A stretch of 42,508 bases of DNA from Candidatus Campbellbacteria bacterium (GTDB lineage Bacteria > Patescibacteriota > Minisyncoccia > Phycocordibacterales > CSBR16-193), in assembly GCA_007129455.1 (NCBI GenBank), contig SKVL01000003.1, positions 1 to 42,508 on the forward strand, given 5' to 3'. Positions 17,356 to 26,603 of this stretch are shown piece after piece. The number at the start of each line of letters is the position of its first letter. Position 1 is the first letter of the stretch. The translations under genes and the position numbers were made by a program. The notes under the pieces were generated by a model. That model saw only the letters and a program-made list of their open reading frames with translations. It did no database searches and was not told the origin of the DNA.

Positions 17356-18378
17356 ATGGAACTTATTGAAGAGAACATAATTTTGGCACCTTTTACCACC
17401 TTGGGTGTGGGTGGTCCGGCGCGTTTTTTTTCTCGTGCGTCATCTTTTGAAGATATTAAGCGGATTGTAAAGTTCTCCAAAGAAAAAAAATTAAATCTTA
17501 CTCCGATCGGTGGAGGTTCCAACATTCTTATCTCCGACAAAGGAATCGACGGCGTGGTTGTCAAGATGGAACTTCCCGGAATGATGTGGGACGAGGTTGA
17601 TGAACATTCGGTTCATCTTCGTGTCTTTGCGGGAGAGGAGTGGGACGAGGTTGTTGAAGAGAGTATTGGCAACAAGCTTTATGGCCTTGAGAATCTTTCA
17701 GGGATTCCGGGGACCGCCGGCGCGGCGCCTGTTCAAAACATCGGAGCTTACGGGGTTGAACTTTCCGATGTTATCTCAGAGGTTGAGGTTTATGACACAA
17801 TCGAAGAAGAAAGGAAAATTTTAAAAAGAGAAGAATGTTCTTTCGAGTACAGGGGCAGTATTTTTAAAGAGGAACCGGGACGTTTTCTGATAATTTCCGT
17901 AACGATGATTCTTTCAAAAAAACCCTGTTTTGTCTCTCATTACAAAGACATTGCGGAAAGAATCGAAGGGAAAGAAGATTCTCTAAGGGCTGTCGATATT
18001 CGTGAGACGGTTCTTGATATTCGTTCTAAGAAATTTCCCGACATTGGTAGTGTTGGGAGTGCCGGTTCGTTTTTTAAAAATCCCGTCATGTCCGTTTTCG
18101 ATTTTGAGAAAATAAAAAAGAAGTATCCCGATATCCCTTCGTATCCTCATGGGTCCGAGCACGTAAAGGTACCGCTTGCTTGGATACTGGATAAGGTTTT
18201 AAATTTTCGTGGCATTCGTTCCGGCGCGGTGGGTCTTTTTGATTCGCAACCGCTCGTTCTTGTGACACACGGTAAGTCTACGCAAACCGAAGTCTCTTCT
18301 TTTGCGGAAGAGATAAAAAGGAAAGTGAAAGATGTAACGAATATTGAAATTGATTACGAAGTAAATTTTTTGTCATAA
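17356..18378 (+). CDS. murB: UDP-N-acetylenolpyruvoylglucosamine reductase
   Basis: FTTLGVGGPARFF and IGGGSNILISD FAD-binding motifs, plus the C-terminal MurB domain. Confidence 0.93.
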   Translation: MELIEENIILAPFTTLGVGGPARFFSRASSFEDIKRIVKFSKEKKLNLTPIGGGSNILISDKGIDGVVVKMELPGMMWDEVDEHSVHLRVFAGEEWDEVVEESIGNKLYGLENLSGIPGTAGAAPVQNIGAYGVELSDVISEVEVYDTIEEERKILKREECSFEYRGSIFKEEPGRFLIISVTMILSKKPCFVSHYKDIAERIEGKEDSLRAVDIRETVLDIRSKKFPDIGSVGSAGSFFKNPVMSVFDFEKIKKKYPDIPSYPHGSEHVKVPLAWILDKVLNFRGIRSGAVGLFDSQPLVLVTHGKSTQTEVSSFAEEIKRKVKDVTNIEIDYEVNFLS

Positions 18379-18493
18379 ATAATTGTCCACAAATTTTGTT
18401 TCAAAAGTCATTGTCACAATCGAATATATGTAAGACAATATAGATAGGTCGTACAAAAATTTTTTTTATAAATTTAGATACTTTAAAAGTATT

Positions 18494-18727
18494 ATGGCTA
18501 CTCGAAAACGCACTACCTCTTCAAAGAAGAAGGTTGCAAAGCGCAAGAAAGCACCGGCTCGCAAGAAAACTGTTGCTAAAAGAAAGCCTGCTGCTAAGAA
18601 GAAAACTGTTGCTAAAAGAAAGCCCGCTACTAAGAAGAAAACTGTTGCTAAAAGAAAGCCCGCTGCTAAGAAGAAAGCACCGGCTCGCAAAAAGACGGCT
18701 TCCAAGGCTCGCGGAAAGAAAAGATAA
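18494..18727 (+). CDS. lysine/alanine-rich histone-H1-like basic protein
   Basis: 77 aa made almost entirely of K/R/A/P/T, with three KKTVAKRKPA(A/T)K repeats. It has its own terminator downstream. Confidence 0.72.
   Translation: MATRKRTTSSKKKVAKRKKAPARKKTVAKRKPAAKKKTVAKRKPATKKKTVAKRKPAAKKKAPARKKTASKARGKKR
18563..18670 (+). repeat. 3 x 36-nt perfect or near-perfect tandem repeat (coding), flanked by a duplicated aagaaagcaccggctcgcaa
   Basis: Units at 18563-18598, 18599-18634 and 18635-18670 differ at 2 positions. The flanking copies lie at 18546-18565 and 18671-18690. Confidence 0.9.
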
Positions 18728-18757
18728 AATCGCTTTCAATATAAAAAAAGCGCTTGA

Positions 18758-18793
18758 AGACGTCGCCGATTTTGATTGGCGACGTTTTTCTTG
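18758..18793 (+). terminator. rho-independent terminator after the H1-like gene
   Basis: Stem acgtcgcc (18760-18767) / ggcgacgt (18778-18785), followed by tttttctt. Confidence 0.7.
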
Positions 18794-18819
18794 TAGAGCA
18801 ATGCCTAAATATGTATACT
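18791..18819 (+). promoter_or_regulatory. secA promoter TTGTAG-17-TATACT, 6 nt before ATG 18826 (leaderless configuration)
   Basis: -35 at 18791-18796 and -10 at 18814-18819, with TG immediately upstream. ATG at 18826. No Shine-Dalgarno sequence. Confidence 0.5.
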
Positions 18820-18825
18820 TGTGCT

Positions 18826-21315
18826 ATGGAATTTATCAAAAAACTTTTCGGAGACGAATTTACTCGACCCATAAAAAAATATCAACTAATCGTTGAAAAA
18901 ATAAATAAACTTGAAGACGATATAAGTAAACTGTCGGATAAGGATCTTAGAGCCAAAACCGATGAATTTAAAAAAAGGTTGGAAGGAGGAGAGGGATTGG
19001 ATGATATTCTTCCGGAGGCTTTTGCCGTCGTTAGAGAGACGGCAAAAAGAACTCTTGCCGAAAGACACTTCGATGTTCAACTTCTTGGAGGTATCGCCCT
19101 CCACAAGGGAACAATCACCGAAATGAGAACTGGTGAAGGAAAAACTTTGGTTGCAACTTTGCCGGTCTATTTGAATGCTTTGACGGGCAAAGGAGTTCAT
19201 GTTGTCACCGTCAACGATTACCTATCAAGACGTGACGCAATATGGATGGGGCAGATATATGATTTTTTGGGGCTGACCGTCGGAGTAATGACTCATGACG
19301 CATCTTTTTTGTATGACAGTGCCGCGATTGCCGACAAGGATAAAGAGAGAGATGAAAAAGGTTCTTTTAAACTGGTGGAGGATTTCATAAGACCGGTCAC
19401 TCGAGGGGAGGCTTACAGAGCGGACATCACGTACGGTACGGACAATGAATTCGGTTTTGATTATCTCAGGGACAACACTGAAAGAAAGGTTGAGAATCTT
19501 CGGCAGAGAGAGTTCAACTTTGCCATAGTCGACGAGGTTGACTCGGTCTTGATAGATGAGGCCAGAACGCCCTTGATAATTTCCGCGCCTTCCGATGAAG
19601 CTGAAGATCTTTACGGTACTTTTGCTCGCATCGCAGGTCAGTTGAAAGATGAGGAAGACTACACCGTTGATGAAAAAAGCCGGACGGTCAGTTTGACGCA
19701 AGAAGGAATTTCCAAAGCTGAGAAAGCTCTCGGAGTTGATAACATTTACACGGAAAAAGGAATAAAGTATGTTCATCATCTGGAAACCGCCACTCGAGCC
19801 AAAGCGCTTTTTCAAAACGACACCGATTATGTCGTTCGTGATGGCCGGGTTATTCTGGTGGACCCCTTTACCGGACGCATGCAATGGGGTAAGCGTCTCT
19901 CCGAAGGGCTTCATCAAGCGATTGAAGCCAAAGAAGGACTTGAAGTCCAACGTGAATCAAGAACCTTCGCCTCGGTGACTTATCAGAACTATTTCAGAAT
20001 GTACCCCAAACTTTCAGGTATGACGGGAACCGCCACAACTTCGGCGGAAGAGTTTTTTAAGGTCTATGGTCTTCCTACTGTTTCTATTCCAACCAATAAA
20101 CCTCCGCAACGTATCGACAGCAATGATTTTATTTTTCAAACGGAACAAGGGAAGTATATGGCCGTTGCCACCAAAGTAAAGGAGCTGAACAAAAAAGGAC
20201 AGCCCGTTCTCATCGGGACGGTCTCGATTGAAAAGAATGAAGTCCTCTCTGAGTATCTTACTCGACAGGGGATACCGCATCAAGTTTTGAACGCCAAAAA
20301 CCATGAAAGAGAGGGGGAGATAGTAGCTCATGCGGGCCGTAAGGGTGCGGTGACCATTGCTACTAACATGGCCGGTCGCGGAGTGGATATAAAGTTGGGC
20401 GGAATCAACGCTGGCGAAGAAGCTTACAAAGAGGTAAGGGGCCTGGGAGGGCTTTACATTATCGGAACGGAGCGCCATGAAGCTCGGCGGATAGATGACC
20501 AGCTGCGAGGTCGGTCCGGAAGACAGGGAGATCCCGGTGAGACGAGATTTTATGTCTCTCTCGAAGACAGTTTGATGAGAGTCTTTGCTTCCGATTCGAT
20601 AAAGAGTATGATGGGAACTTTCAATATTCCCGAGGACCAACCAATAGAGAATCGATTCATCACTCGTTCGCTTGAAAAGGCTCAAGCTAAGATTGAAGGA
20701 TTTCACTTTGATGCCCGTAAACAGATACTTAAGTATGATGATGTTCTGAATCATCAAAGAAGATCGGTGTACGAAGATCGCAGAAAGGTTCTGATGGGAG
20801 ATAGAGAAAAGATGGAAATTTATATAGAACAAGCGCAAGATCAAATGACAGCCGAACAGAAGTCTCTTTTTGATTCACTGCGTAAAGATATGACTGAGGA
20901 AGTTTTTTATGAATCTGTTGGCCGTATAATCTTACAAACCATCGACATGCTTTGGATGGAGCATTTGGAGATAATGAACTACACTCGTTCGAGTGTAAAC
21001 CTCCGCGCTTATGGTCAAAGAGACCCGTTGGTTGAGTATAAAAGGGAGGGACTCAGGCTCTTCAAGGAAATGAAGGAATCGGTGATAGAAGAGCTTGCCA
21101 AACTTCTGCCTTACACTACTGAAGACATAAAGACTGAGGAAAAGCTTAACTTAAGAGAGATTCATAAAGCCGGCTCGATACTGGCCGCCGCCGGAGGAGG
21201 TAAACCCGCCATATCGAATAAACCGTTGAATGAAAAAGGAGAGAAGATCGGTCGCAACGATCCGTGCCCTTGTGGTTCGGAAAAGAAGTATAAAAAATGT
21301 TGCGCACTGAAATAA
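18826..21315 (+). CDS. secA: preprotein translocase ATPase SecA
   Basis: MEFIKKLFGDEF matches the canonical SecA N-terminus. MRTGEGKTLVATLP Walker A, DEVDSVLIDEARTPLIIS, and the C-terminal zinc motif CPCGSEKKYKKCC. The ORF-track start at 18754 would include the upstream terminator and promoter, so the start is moved to 18826. Confidence 0.95.
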   Translation: MEFIKKLFGDEFTRPIKKYQLIVEKINKLEDDISKLSDKDLRAKTDEFKKRLEGGEGLDDILPEAFAVVRETAKRTLAERHFDVQLLGGIALHKGTITEMRTGEGKTLVATLPVYLNALTGKGVHVVTVNDYLSRRDAIWMGQIYDFLGLTVGVMTHDASFLYDSAAIADKDKERDEKGSFKLVEDFIRPVTRGEAYRADITYGTDNEFGFDYLRDNTERKVENLRQREFNFAIVDEVDSVLIDEARTPLIISAPSDEAEDLYGTFARIAGQLKDEEDYTVDEKSRTVSLTQEGISKAEKALGVDNIYTEKGIKYVHHLETATRAKALFQNDTDYVVRDGRVILVDPFTGRMQWGKRLSEGLHQAIEAKEGLEVQRESRTFASVTYQNYFRMYPKLSGMTGTATTSAEEFFKVYGLPTVSIPTNKPPQRIDSNDFIFQTEQGKYMAVATKVKELNKKGQPVLIGTVSIEKNEVLSEYLTRQGIPHQVLNAKNHEREGEIVAHAGRKGAVTIATNMAGRGVDIKLGGINAGEEAYKEVRGLGGLYIIGTERHEARRIDDQLRGRSGRQGDPGETRFYVSLEDSLMRVFASDSIKSMMGTFNIPEDQPIENRFITRSLEKAQAKIEGFHFDARKQILKYDDVLNHQRRSVYEDRRKVLMGDREKMEIYIEQAQDQMTAEQKSLFDSLRKDMTEEVFYESVGRIILQTIDMLWMEHLEIMNYTRSSVNLRAYGQRDPLVEYKREGLRLFKEMKESVIEELAKLLPYTTEDIKTEEKLNLREIHKAGSILAAAGGGKPAISNKPLNEKGEKIGRNDPCPCGSEKKYKKCCALK

Positions 21316-21360
21316 GGTCCATCTGTTTGAATATTTATGGATTCGATCTTGATCGAACGG

Positions 21361-21369
21361 TGTTATACT
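21361..21369 (+). promoter_or_regulatory. extended -10 promoter (TGtTATACT), 7 nt before ATG 21377 (leaderless configuration)
   Basis: TATACT at 21364-21369 and ATG at 21377. No Shine-Dalgarno sequence. Confidence 0.45.
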
Positions 21370-21376
21370 GTGTTTT

Positions 21377-22033
21377 ATGATTACTGGAATTATAGATTAT
21401 TTGGAAGGGATAATAGTCGCCTTCGGTTTTTGGGGGATTTTCGTGGCTTCCTTTTTGGAGGAGATCATAGCTCCTTTGCCGTCACCGATTGTGATGACAT
21501 CTGCCGGGTTTTTCATTCTGGAAGGTTCTCCGTCCCCGGATTTTTTCTTCGTTCTTGTCTTTATGATAGCTATTCCTTATGCCGTTGGCGTAACCATAGC
21601 CTCTTTTATTTTTTACGGAATCCTTTATTTTTTTGGGGAAAGCGGAGTTAAAAGATGGGGTAAGTGGTTTGGGGTTTCTTGGGATGATGTGGAGAGACTC
21701 AGGAGGAGAATGAAAAGAACTTATTGGGATGAATTAACACTGCTTTTCCTGAGGATTGTTCCTTTGGTTCCCAGCGCGGTACTGGCCTCCATCTGTGGAT
21801 TTGTGAAGATGAGAATCGCTTCGTACGTCCTTATTACCTTGGTCGGAGTAACCGTTCGTGCTTGTATTTTTGCCACCTTGGGTTGGTATCTGGGCGAGGC
21901 ATATCGCAAACACGCCGAGACGATTGCGGGAGTTGAGTCGTTTATTGGTTACTCATTTTTATTTTTATCCGGCTGTTTTCTTTTTTTTGTTTTTTTCTAT
22001 ACACAAAGGCGTTCAAAAAATGTGGTACAATAA
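21377..22033 (+). CDS. DedA / SNARE-associated family membrane protein
   Basis: 218-aa polytopic protein. The FLEEIIAPLPSPIV re-entrant motif is typical of the DedA family. Confidence 0.78.
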   Translation: MITGIIDYLEGIIVAFGFWGIFVASFLEEIIAPLPSPIVMTSAGFFILEGSPSPDFFFVLVFMIAIPYAVGVTIASFIFYGILYFFGESGVKRWGKWFGVSWDDVERLRRRMKRTYWDELTLLFLRIVPLVPSAVLASICGFVKMRIASYVLITLVGVTVRACIFATLGWYLGEAYRKHAETIAGVESFIGYSFLFLSGCFLFFVFFYTQRRSKNVVQ

Positions 22034-22051
22034 CTTTTATATAAAGCATTT

Positions 22052-23125
22052 ATGTTGACAGCTAAGGCACAGCTCAGGTTTTTTGTGTTTCTCGCTTTGG
22101 CGGTAATTACACTGATGTTTTTGATTGTCTGGCCTTACTTCTCTTCTATTTTTTTGGCGATAATTTTTGTTATCGCTTTTATGCCCTTGCATCATTTTAT
22201 TCATAAGATTTTGTGCAGGTCTGATAACTTATCGGCTTTTGTAAGTACGATTTTGGTGCTTCTGATAATTTTTATTCCTGTTACCGTGTTCGGCTTCTTA
22301 ATTTTTCAAGAGGTGCGCGGAGTATATGAAGGAGGACTTGAAAGCGGAGTCGCTTTGAACTCCATTGACGGCTTCGTGATCTCCATTGAAGAGAAGTTGA
22401 CGAGTATTTTCCCGGGAGCCGATATCGAAATTCGGCGCCACACGGAGATAGACAGTTTGGTTCAGCAGGGTCTACGGGTGGTTGTTGATTACTTCGATAA
22501 AATATTTGCGGGATTATTAAAGCTGGGAATAGGGGCTTTTCTTATGGTTTTGGCAACTTTCTACCTTTTCAGAGATGGACGTAAGATGATGGATAAGATT
22601 AGAGAGCTGAGTCCTTTGAAGGGGGATTATACCGATACCATATTTTCCAGAATCGCCGAGGCTGTAAACGCGGTTGTGCGCGGTAGGCTTCTCGTCGGGG
22701 TGATTCAGGGTTTTGTCATTGGTACGGGTTTTGCCGTCTTTGGTTTACCGAGCCCTATTCTTTGGGGAAGTATTGCCGCAGTGGTTTCAATGCTTCCGGT
22801 GGTCGGTCCGCTCATGATAATTATCCCCACCGCCTTGATACTGTTTTTCAGTGGATTTACATGGTCGGCTGTTGGTATAATGGCTTGGGGGGTGATAGCG
22901 GTTATAATTATAGATGAATATTTGGGCTCTATTTTGATAGATCAGCGAATGCACATACACCCTTTTTTGGTTCTTTTGTCGGTCATGGGAGGAATCAGTT
23001 TTTTCGGGGTAATAGGTTTTGTTGTGGGGCCTGTTGTTTTGGCTTTAATGTTTGCTATACTGAAAATATATCCGCTCATTACCACACCGGACGCTTATGA
23101 AACGCAGGACGTTGCGAATTTATAA
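22052..23125 (+). CDS. AI-2E family transporter (UPF0118/PerM-like)
   Basis: 357 aa, about 8 TM helices, with FYLFRDGRKM and GRLLVGVIQGFVIGTGFAVFGLP characteristic of AI-2E/UPF0118. A TGgTACAAT promoter-like motif lies at 22023-22031. Confidence 0.85.
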   Translation: MLTAKAQLRFFVFLALAVITLMFLIVWPYFSSIFLAIIFVIAFMPLHHFIHKILCRSDNLSAFVSTILVLLIIFIPVTVFGFLIFQEVRGVYEGGLESGVALNSIDGFVISIEEKLTSIFPGADIEIRRHTEIDSLVQQGLRVVVDYFDKIFAGLLKLGIGAFLMVLATFYLFRDGRKMMDKIRELSPLKGDYTDTIFSRIAEAVNAVVRGRLLVGVIQGFVIGTGFAVFGLPSPILWGSIAAVVSMLPVVGPLMIIIPTALILFFSGFTWSAVGIMAWGVIAVIIIDEYLGSILIDQRMHIHPFLVLLSVMGGISFFGVIGFVVGPVVLALMFAILKIYPLITTPDAYETQDVANL

Positions 23126-23158
23126 AGTTATTATTAATAACATCCGTTCAAAGTACAT

Positions 23159-24427
23159 ATGAAAGTTTTGATGTTTGGCTGGGAGTTTCCTCCTCATAAC
23201 AGTGGTGGACTTGGTGTTGCCTGCAAGGGTGTTGTTGATTCTCTTTGTTCGCAAGGCACTGCCGTCACATTCGTTCTTCCCAAGAAGGTGGTGACGGAAT
23301 TTTCTAAAAATAAGGTTGTTTTTGCCGATAATTCCCAAGATCTTTTGAACACCAAAGGAGTGGATGTGATGTTGATGCCTTACATTACCTCTGAGAGTTA
23401 CGAAGAGGAGCTTGGCAAGGTCGGAAAGAAGACTAAGAAAAAAAAGAGAAAAAAAGGAGAAAAAAGATCACTAAACTATGCCGGAACCCTTCTCGGAGAG
23501 GTCTACAGATACGGGGAGTTGGCGGGGGACGTAGCTGAGACGGAAGAGCATGACATCATTCATGCTCATGACTGGCTTTCTTTTGAGGCCGGTATCGCCG
23601 CAAAAGAAGTGAGCGGTAAACCGCTGGTGGCGCATGTTCATGCCACTGAGTTTGATCGTAGCGGTGAGAGAGTGAATCAAGATATATATAATATAGAAAG
23701 GAGGGGTATGTATATGGCCGATAGGGTGGTGGCCGTATCCAATTTTACGAAAAACATTTTAATAAATCGCTACGGTGTTCCGGAGGGTAAAATAACGGTG
23801 GTTCATAACGGCATAAACGAGAATGATTACATGAGTGTTTTGGAAGACTCTCCCGCTTCCGTGGTGAGCGGTCTCAAGAGCCATGGATACAAGATAGTGC
23901 TTTTCGTCGGAAGAATAACTTTCCAAAAAGGACCCGACTATTTTGTGAAGATGGCCAAGAAGATCCGAGAGTATGAGCCGAATACTTTTTTTGTTGTCTG
24001 TGGATCGGGCGACATGGAAAAACAAATGATTCATGAAGTGGCAGCCGCTCGCATGTCAGACAGGTTTATCTTTGCCGGCTTTTTGCGCGGTGAATCTTTG
24101 AATACGGTTTACAAAGCTGCCGATATTTACATAATGCCCTCGGTATCGGAACCCTTCGGCTTGACTCCGCTGGAGGCCATGATTCAAGACACTCCCGTTT
24201 TAATATCACACCAGACCGGTGTCAGCGAAGTTGTAAGTCATGCGTTGAAGGCTAACTTCTGGGACGTCGACGATATGGCGAGCAAAGTTATTTCGGTTTT
24301 GCGCAACCCCTCACTTCAGCAGTGTTTGAAGAACAACGGTAGAACGGAAGTGTCTCGAATGAACTGGAATCTGGCCGGCGAAAAACTACTTTCGTTGTAC
24401 AAGAATTTGTTGGCTCGACAACTTTGA
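23159..24427 (+). CDS. GT-B glycosyltransferase, glycogen/alpha-glucan-synthase-like (GT4/GT5)
   Basis: N-terminus MKVLMFGWEFPPHNSGGLGVA resembles archaeal-type glycogen synthases. C-terminal EPFGLTPLEAM is a GT-B nucleotide-sugar motif. Contains a lysine-rich insertion (KKTKKKKRKKGEKR). Confidence 0.82.
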   Translation: MKVLMFGWEFPPHNSGGLGVACKGVVDSLCSQGTAVTFVLPKKVVTEFSKNKVVFADNSQDLLNTKGVDVMLMPYITSESYEEELGKVGKKTKKKKRKKGEKRSLNYAGTLLGEVYRYGELAGDVAETEEHDIIHAHDWLSFEAGIAAKEVSGKPLVAHVHATEFDRSGERVNQDIYNIERRGMYMADRVVAVSNFTKNILINRYGVPEGKITVVHNGINENDYMSVLEDSPASVVSGLKSHGYKIVLFVGRITFQKGPDYFVKMAKKIREYEPNTFFVVCGSGDMEKQMIHEVAAARMSDRFIFAGFLRGESLNTVYKAADIYIMPSVSEPFGLTPLEAMIQDTPVLISHQTGVSEVVSHALKANFWDVDDMASKVISVLRNPSLQQCLKNNGRTEVSRMNWNLAGEKLLSLYKNLLARQL

Positions 24428-24603
24428 TGCATAAGTGGATCCAACGAAAATAATTTCGATAAAAAAGAAGATTATTTCACTAAGCTGGTTTTTTAAGGAT
24501 TACTTTCGTAACCGCCTTTTGTTCACATTGCTTTAACTCGATCATCCCGTTATTATGTTTAACAGATGTCTATAATATCCTTAAAAATTTAATCTATCTA
24601 CAC

Positions 24604-25854
24604 ATGGCTTCGATCTGCTTTTATTTCCAAGTTCACCAGCCGTTCCGTATTAGGAAATACGGGGTGTTCGATGTTGGCAACTCGGACTATTTCAATGACG
24701 ACAGCGAAACCGATTTGAATAACTGCCGTATACTTAAAAAGGTTGCCAGCAAATGTTATCTTCCGGCCAATGCGGTTTTAAAGAATGTATTGGAAACAAA
24801 CCCGGATTTTAAAGCCAGCTTTTCGTTCTCGGGTGTTTTTTTGGAGCAGTGTGCAATCTACGCTCCAGAGGTATTGGAGTCCTTTAGTGACCTGATCAAA
24901 ACGGGAAGAGTCGAGGTGATGAGCGAAACATATTATCACTCGCTGGCGGCTCTATACTCGCAGAAAGAATTTGAAAAACAAGTCAAACTTCACAGTGAGG
25001 CCGTTAAAGAGATTTTCAATGTATCGCCAACGGTTTTTAGAAATACTGAGTTGATCTACAGCAACGATATTGCCAGAGAGGTTCAAAGAATGGGTTTTAA
25101 AGCAATCTTGGCCGAAGGGGCCGATCATATTTTGGAGTGGAGAAGCCCGAACTTTCTTTACCGTCCGGCAGAAATCGATAATTTGGTACTTCTTCTTAAA
25201 AATTACCGTCTTTCGGACGATGTGGCTTTTCGATTCGGTGAAAGAAGTTGGAAGGAGTACCCCCTTACGGCTGAGAAATTTGCTCAGTGGGTTTCGGCTT
25301 ACAACGGCGCAGGAGAGATTATAAATCTTTTTATGGATTATGAGACCTTCGGTGAACATCAATGGGAGGACACTGGAATATTTGAGTTCATGAGACATTT
25401 CCCTTCGGAGTTTTTGAAGCACCCCGACAACAACTTTGTTACTCCAAGCGAAGCGGTGGAAAGGTATGAGGTTGTTGGGGAAATAGAGGCGCCCAATTAT
25501 GTTTCTTGGGCCGATGTCGAGCGCGACATCTCCGCTTGGCGTTCAAATGAGATTCAGCATGACGCATTAAGGTGTGTATACGAACTGGAGAGAGATGTTG
25601 TTGAGCTTGATGATCACGAGATAACTCATACTTGGAGGAAGCTTCAAACCTCGGATCATTTTTACTATATGTGCACCAAGTGGTTTCAAGACGGAGATGT
25701 TCACAAATATTTCAATCCTTATGATTCACCTTACGAAGCCTTTATTGCTTTCAGTAATGTTGTCAACGATTTGAAACTTCGAATAGATAAAAGAAAGAAA
25801 GAAAAGAAGTCTTTGAAAAGAAAAGGAGAAGGGAGTTTATTTAGAGAAAAATAA
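24604..25854 (+). CDS. glycoside hydrolase family 57 (alpha-amylase / amylopullulanase-like)
   Basis: N-terminal FYFQVHQP, later MSETYYHS and DYETFGEH, as in the GH57 catalytic region. K-rich C-terminal tail. Confidence 0.83.
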   Translation: MASICFYFQVHQPFRIRKYGVFDVGNSDYFNDDSETDLNNCRILKKVASKCYLPANAVLKNVLETNPDFKASFSFSGVFLEQCAIYAPEVLESFSDLIKTGRVEVMSETYYHSLAALYSQKEFEKQVKLHSEAVKEIFNVSPTVFRNTELIYSNDIAREVQRMGFKAILAEGADHILEWRSPNFLYRPAEIDNLVLLLKNYRLSDDVAFRFGERSWKEYPLTAEKFAQWVSAYNGAGEIINLFMDYETFGEHQWEDTGIFEFMRHFPSEFLKHPDNNFVTPSEAVERYEVVGEIEAPNYVSWADVERDISAWRSNEIQHDALRCVYELERDVVELDDHEITHTWRKLQTSDHFYYMCTKWFQDGDVHKYFNPYDSPYEAFIAFSNVVNDLKLRIDKRKKEKKSLKRKGEGSLFREK

Positions 25855-25862
25855 AATAAAAT

Positions 25863-26597
25863 ATGAGTGGAAACGAAGAAGATAAAAAAAGTTTTTGGGA
25901 GGAGTTTTTCGGAGTTGCGGAAGATGAAGTTCCGCCGCAAAAAGAAGAAGGGACTCGTCTACCGGTTCGTAACGAAGACGAAGACCTTATGAATATTCTG
26001 GAAGGAAAAAGACAAAAAGTAGAATCTTTTGAAGAAGAGTCGGTTTACTCGCCTGTAGAAACCCAAGAAGATGAAGGACCCTCTTCTTTCCCCGAAGATA
26101 TACAAAAAGAGGAAGAGGAGGTCCCCCTACCGATAAAAGAAGAGGACGGAGATTTTGAAGAACTCCGGGAAGATGCAAGAGAAGAAGATGCCCCGAAAGA
26201 GAAGCTTGATATTTTCCCTGAAGATACACAAGAAGGGAAAGAAGGCGTTCGTCTGCCGGTGAAAGAAGGGGATGAGTACTCTGAAGATCTACCGGGAGAA
26301 GAAAGCGAGGAAGAAAACTTAATGCAAGACGGAGCGGGTAATTTATACGAGGCGCCGGCGGGGCAATATTTCTACATTCACAACGGCCCCACCTTGAAGA
26401 ATCTTTATGATCTTGAGTATTATTTGGGAACCATGACCGATAATCAGTTTAGTTATCATACAACTGATGGCAGAAATGATTTTGCTTCTTGGGTTCGCGA
26501 CGTATTAAGGGAGGGAGAGCTGGCATCGGAACTTGAGGGCACGCGTGAGAGGAAAGAGATGTATGATATCTTGGCTCGTTTTTTAACGTTAAAATAA
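25863..26597 (+). CDS. acidic repeat protein with a conserved C-terminal globular domain, function unknown
   Basis: The N-terminal 150 aa are extremely E/D-rich, with three E-G-x-R/P-LP-V/I-K/R-xED repeats. The C-terminal 90 aa (YFYIHNGPTLKNLYDL..RNDFASWVRDVL) are not low-complexity. Confidence 0.55.
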   Translation: MSGNEEDKKSFWEEFFGVAEDEVPPQKEEGTRLPVRNEDEDLMNILEGKRQKVESFEEESVYSPVETQEDEGPSSFPEDIQKEEEEVPLPIKEEDGDFEELREDAREEDAPKEKLDIFPEDTQEGKEGVRLPVKEGDEYSEDLPGEESEEENLMQDGAGNLYEAPAGQYFYIHNGPTLKNLYDLEYYLGTMTDNQFSYHTTDGRNDFASWVRDVLREGELASELEGTRERKEMYDILARFLTLK

Positions 26598-26603
26598 TTT
26601 TTT

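Noticed and set aside
18563-18670. Possible CRISPR-like array (36-nt direct repeats)
   Set aside because: The repeats are contiguous with no spacers, in frame and coding. No cas genes are present.
18754-18825. 24-codon N-terminal extension of secA given by the ORF track
   Set aside because: The extension would include the upstream terminator hairpin (18760-18785) and the TTGTAG-17-TATACT promoter. ATG 18826 gives the canonical SecA N-terminus MEFIKKLFG.
18466-18896. Alternative-frame and antisense ORFs over the lysine-rich repeat (79, 72 and 120 aa)
   Set aside because: They stay open only because of the 36-nt repeat periodicity. The antisense products are monotonous F/L/A strings. Only the K-rich frame has an ATG start with a dedicated terminator.
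19225-20844. Long antisense ORFs (241 and 276 aa) inside secA
   Set aside because: They are fully embedded in a confidently identified gene. They have no recognisable motifs and show typical antisense open-frame composition. The same applies to the antisense ORFs inside ppsA (7347-8375), murC (13162-13674), GH15 (27171-28559) and the glycerate kinase gene.
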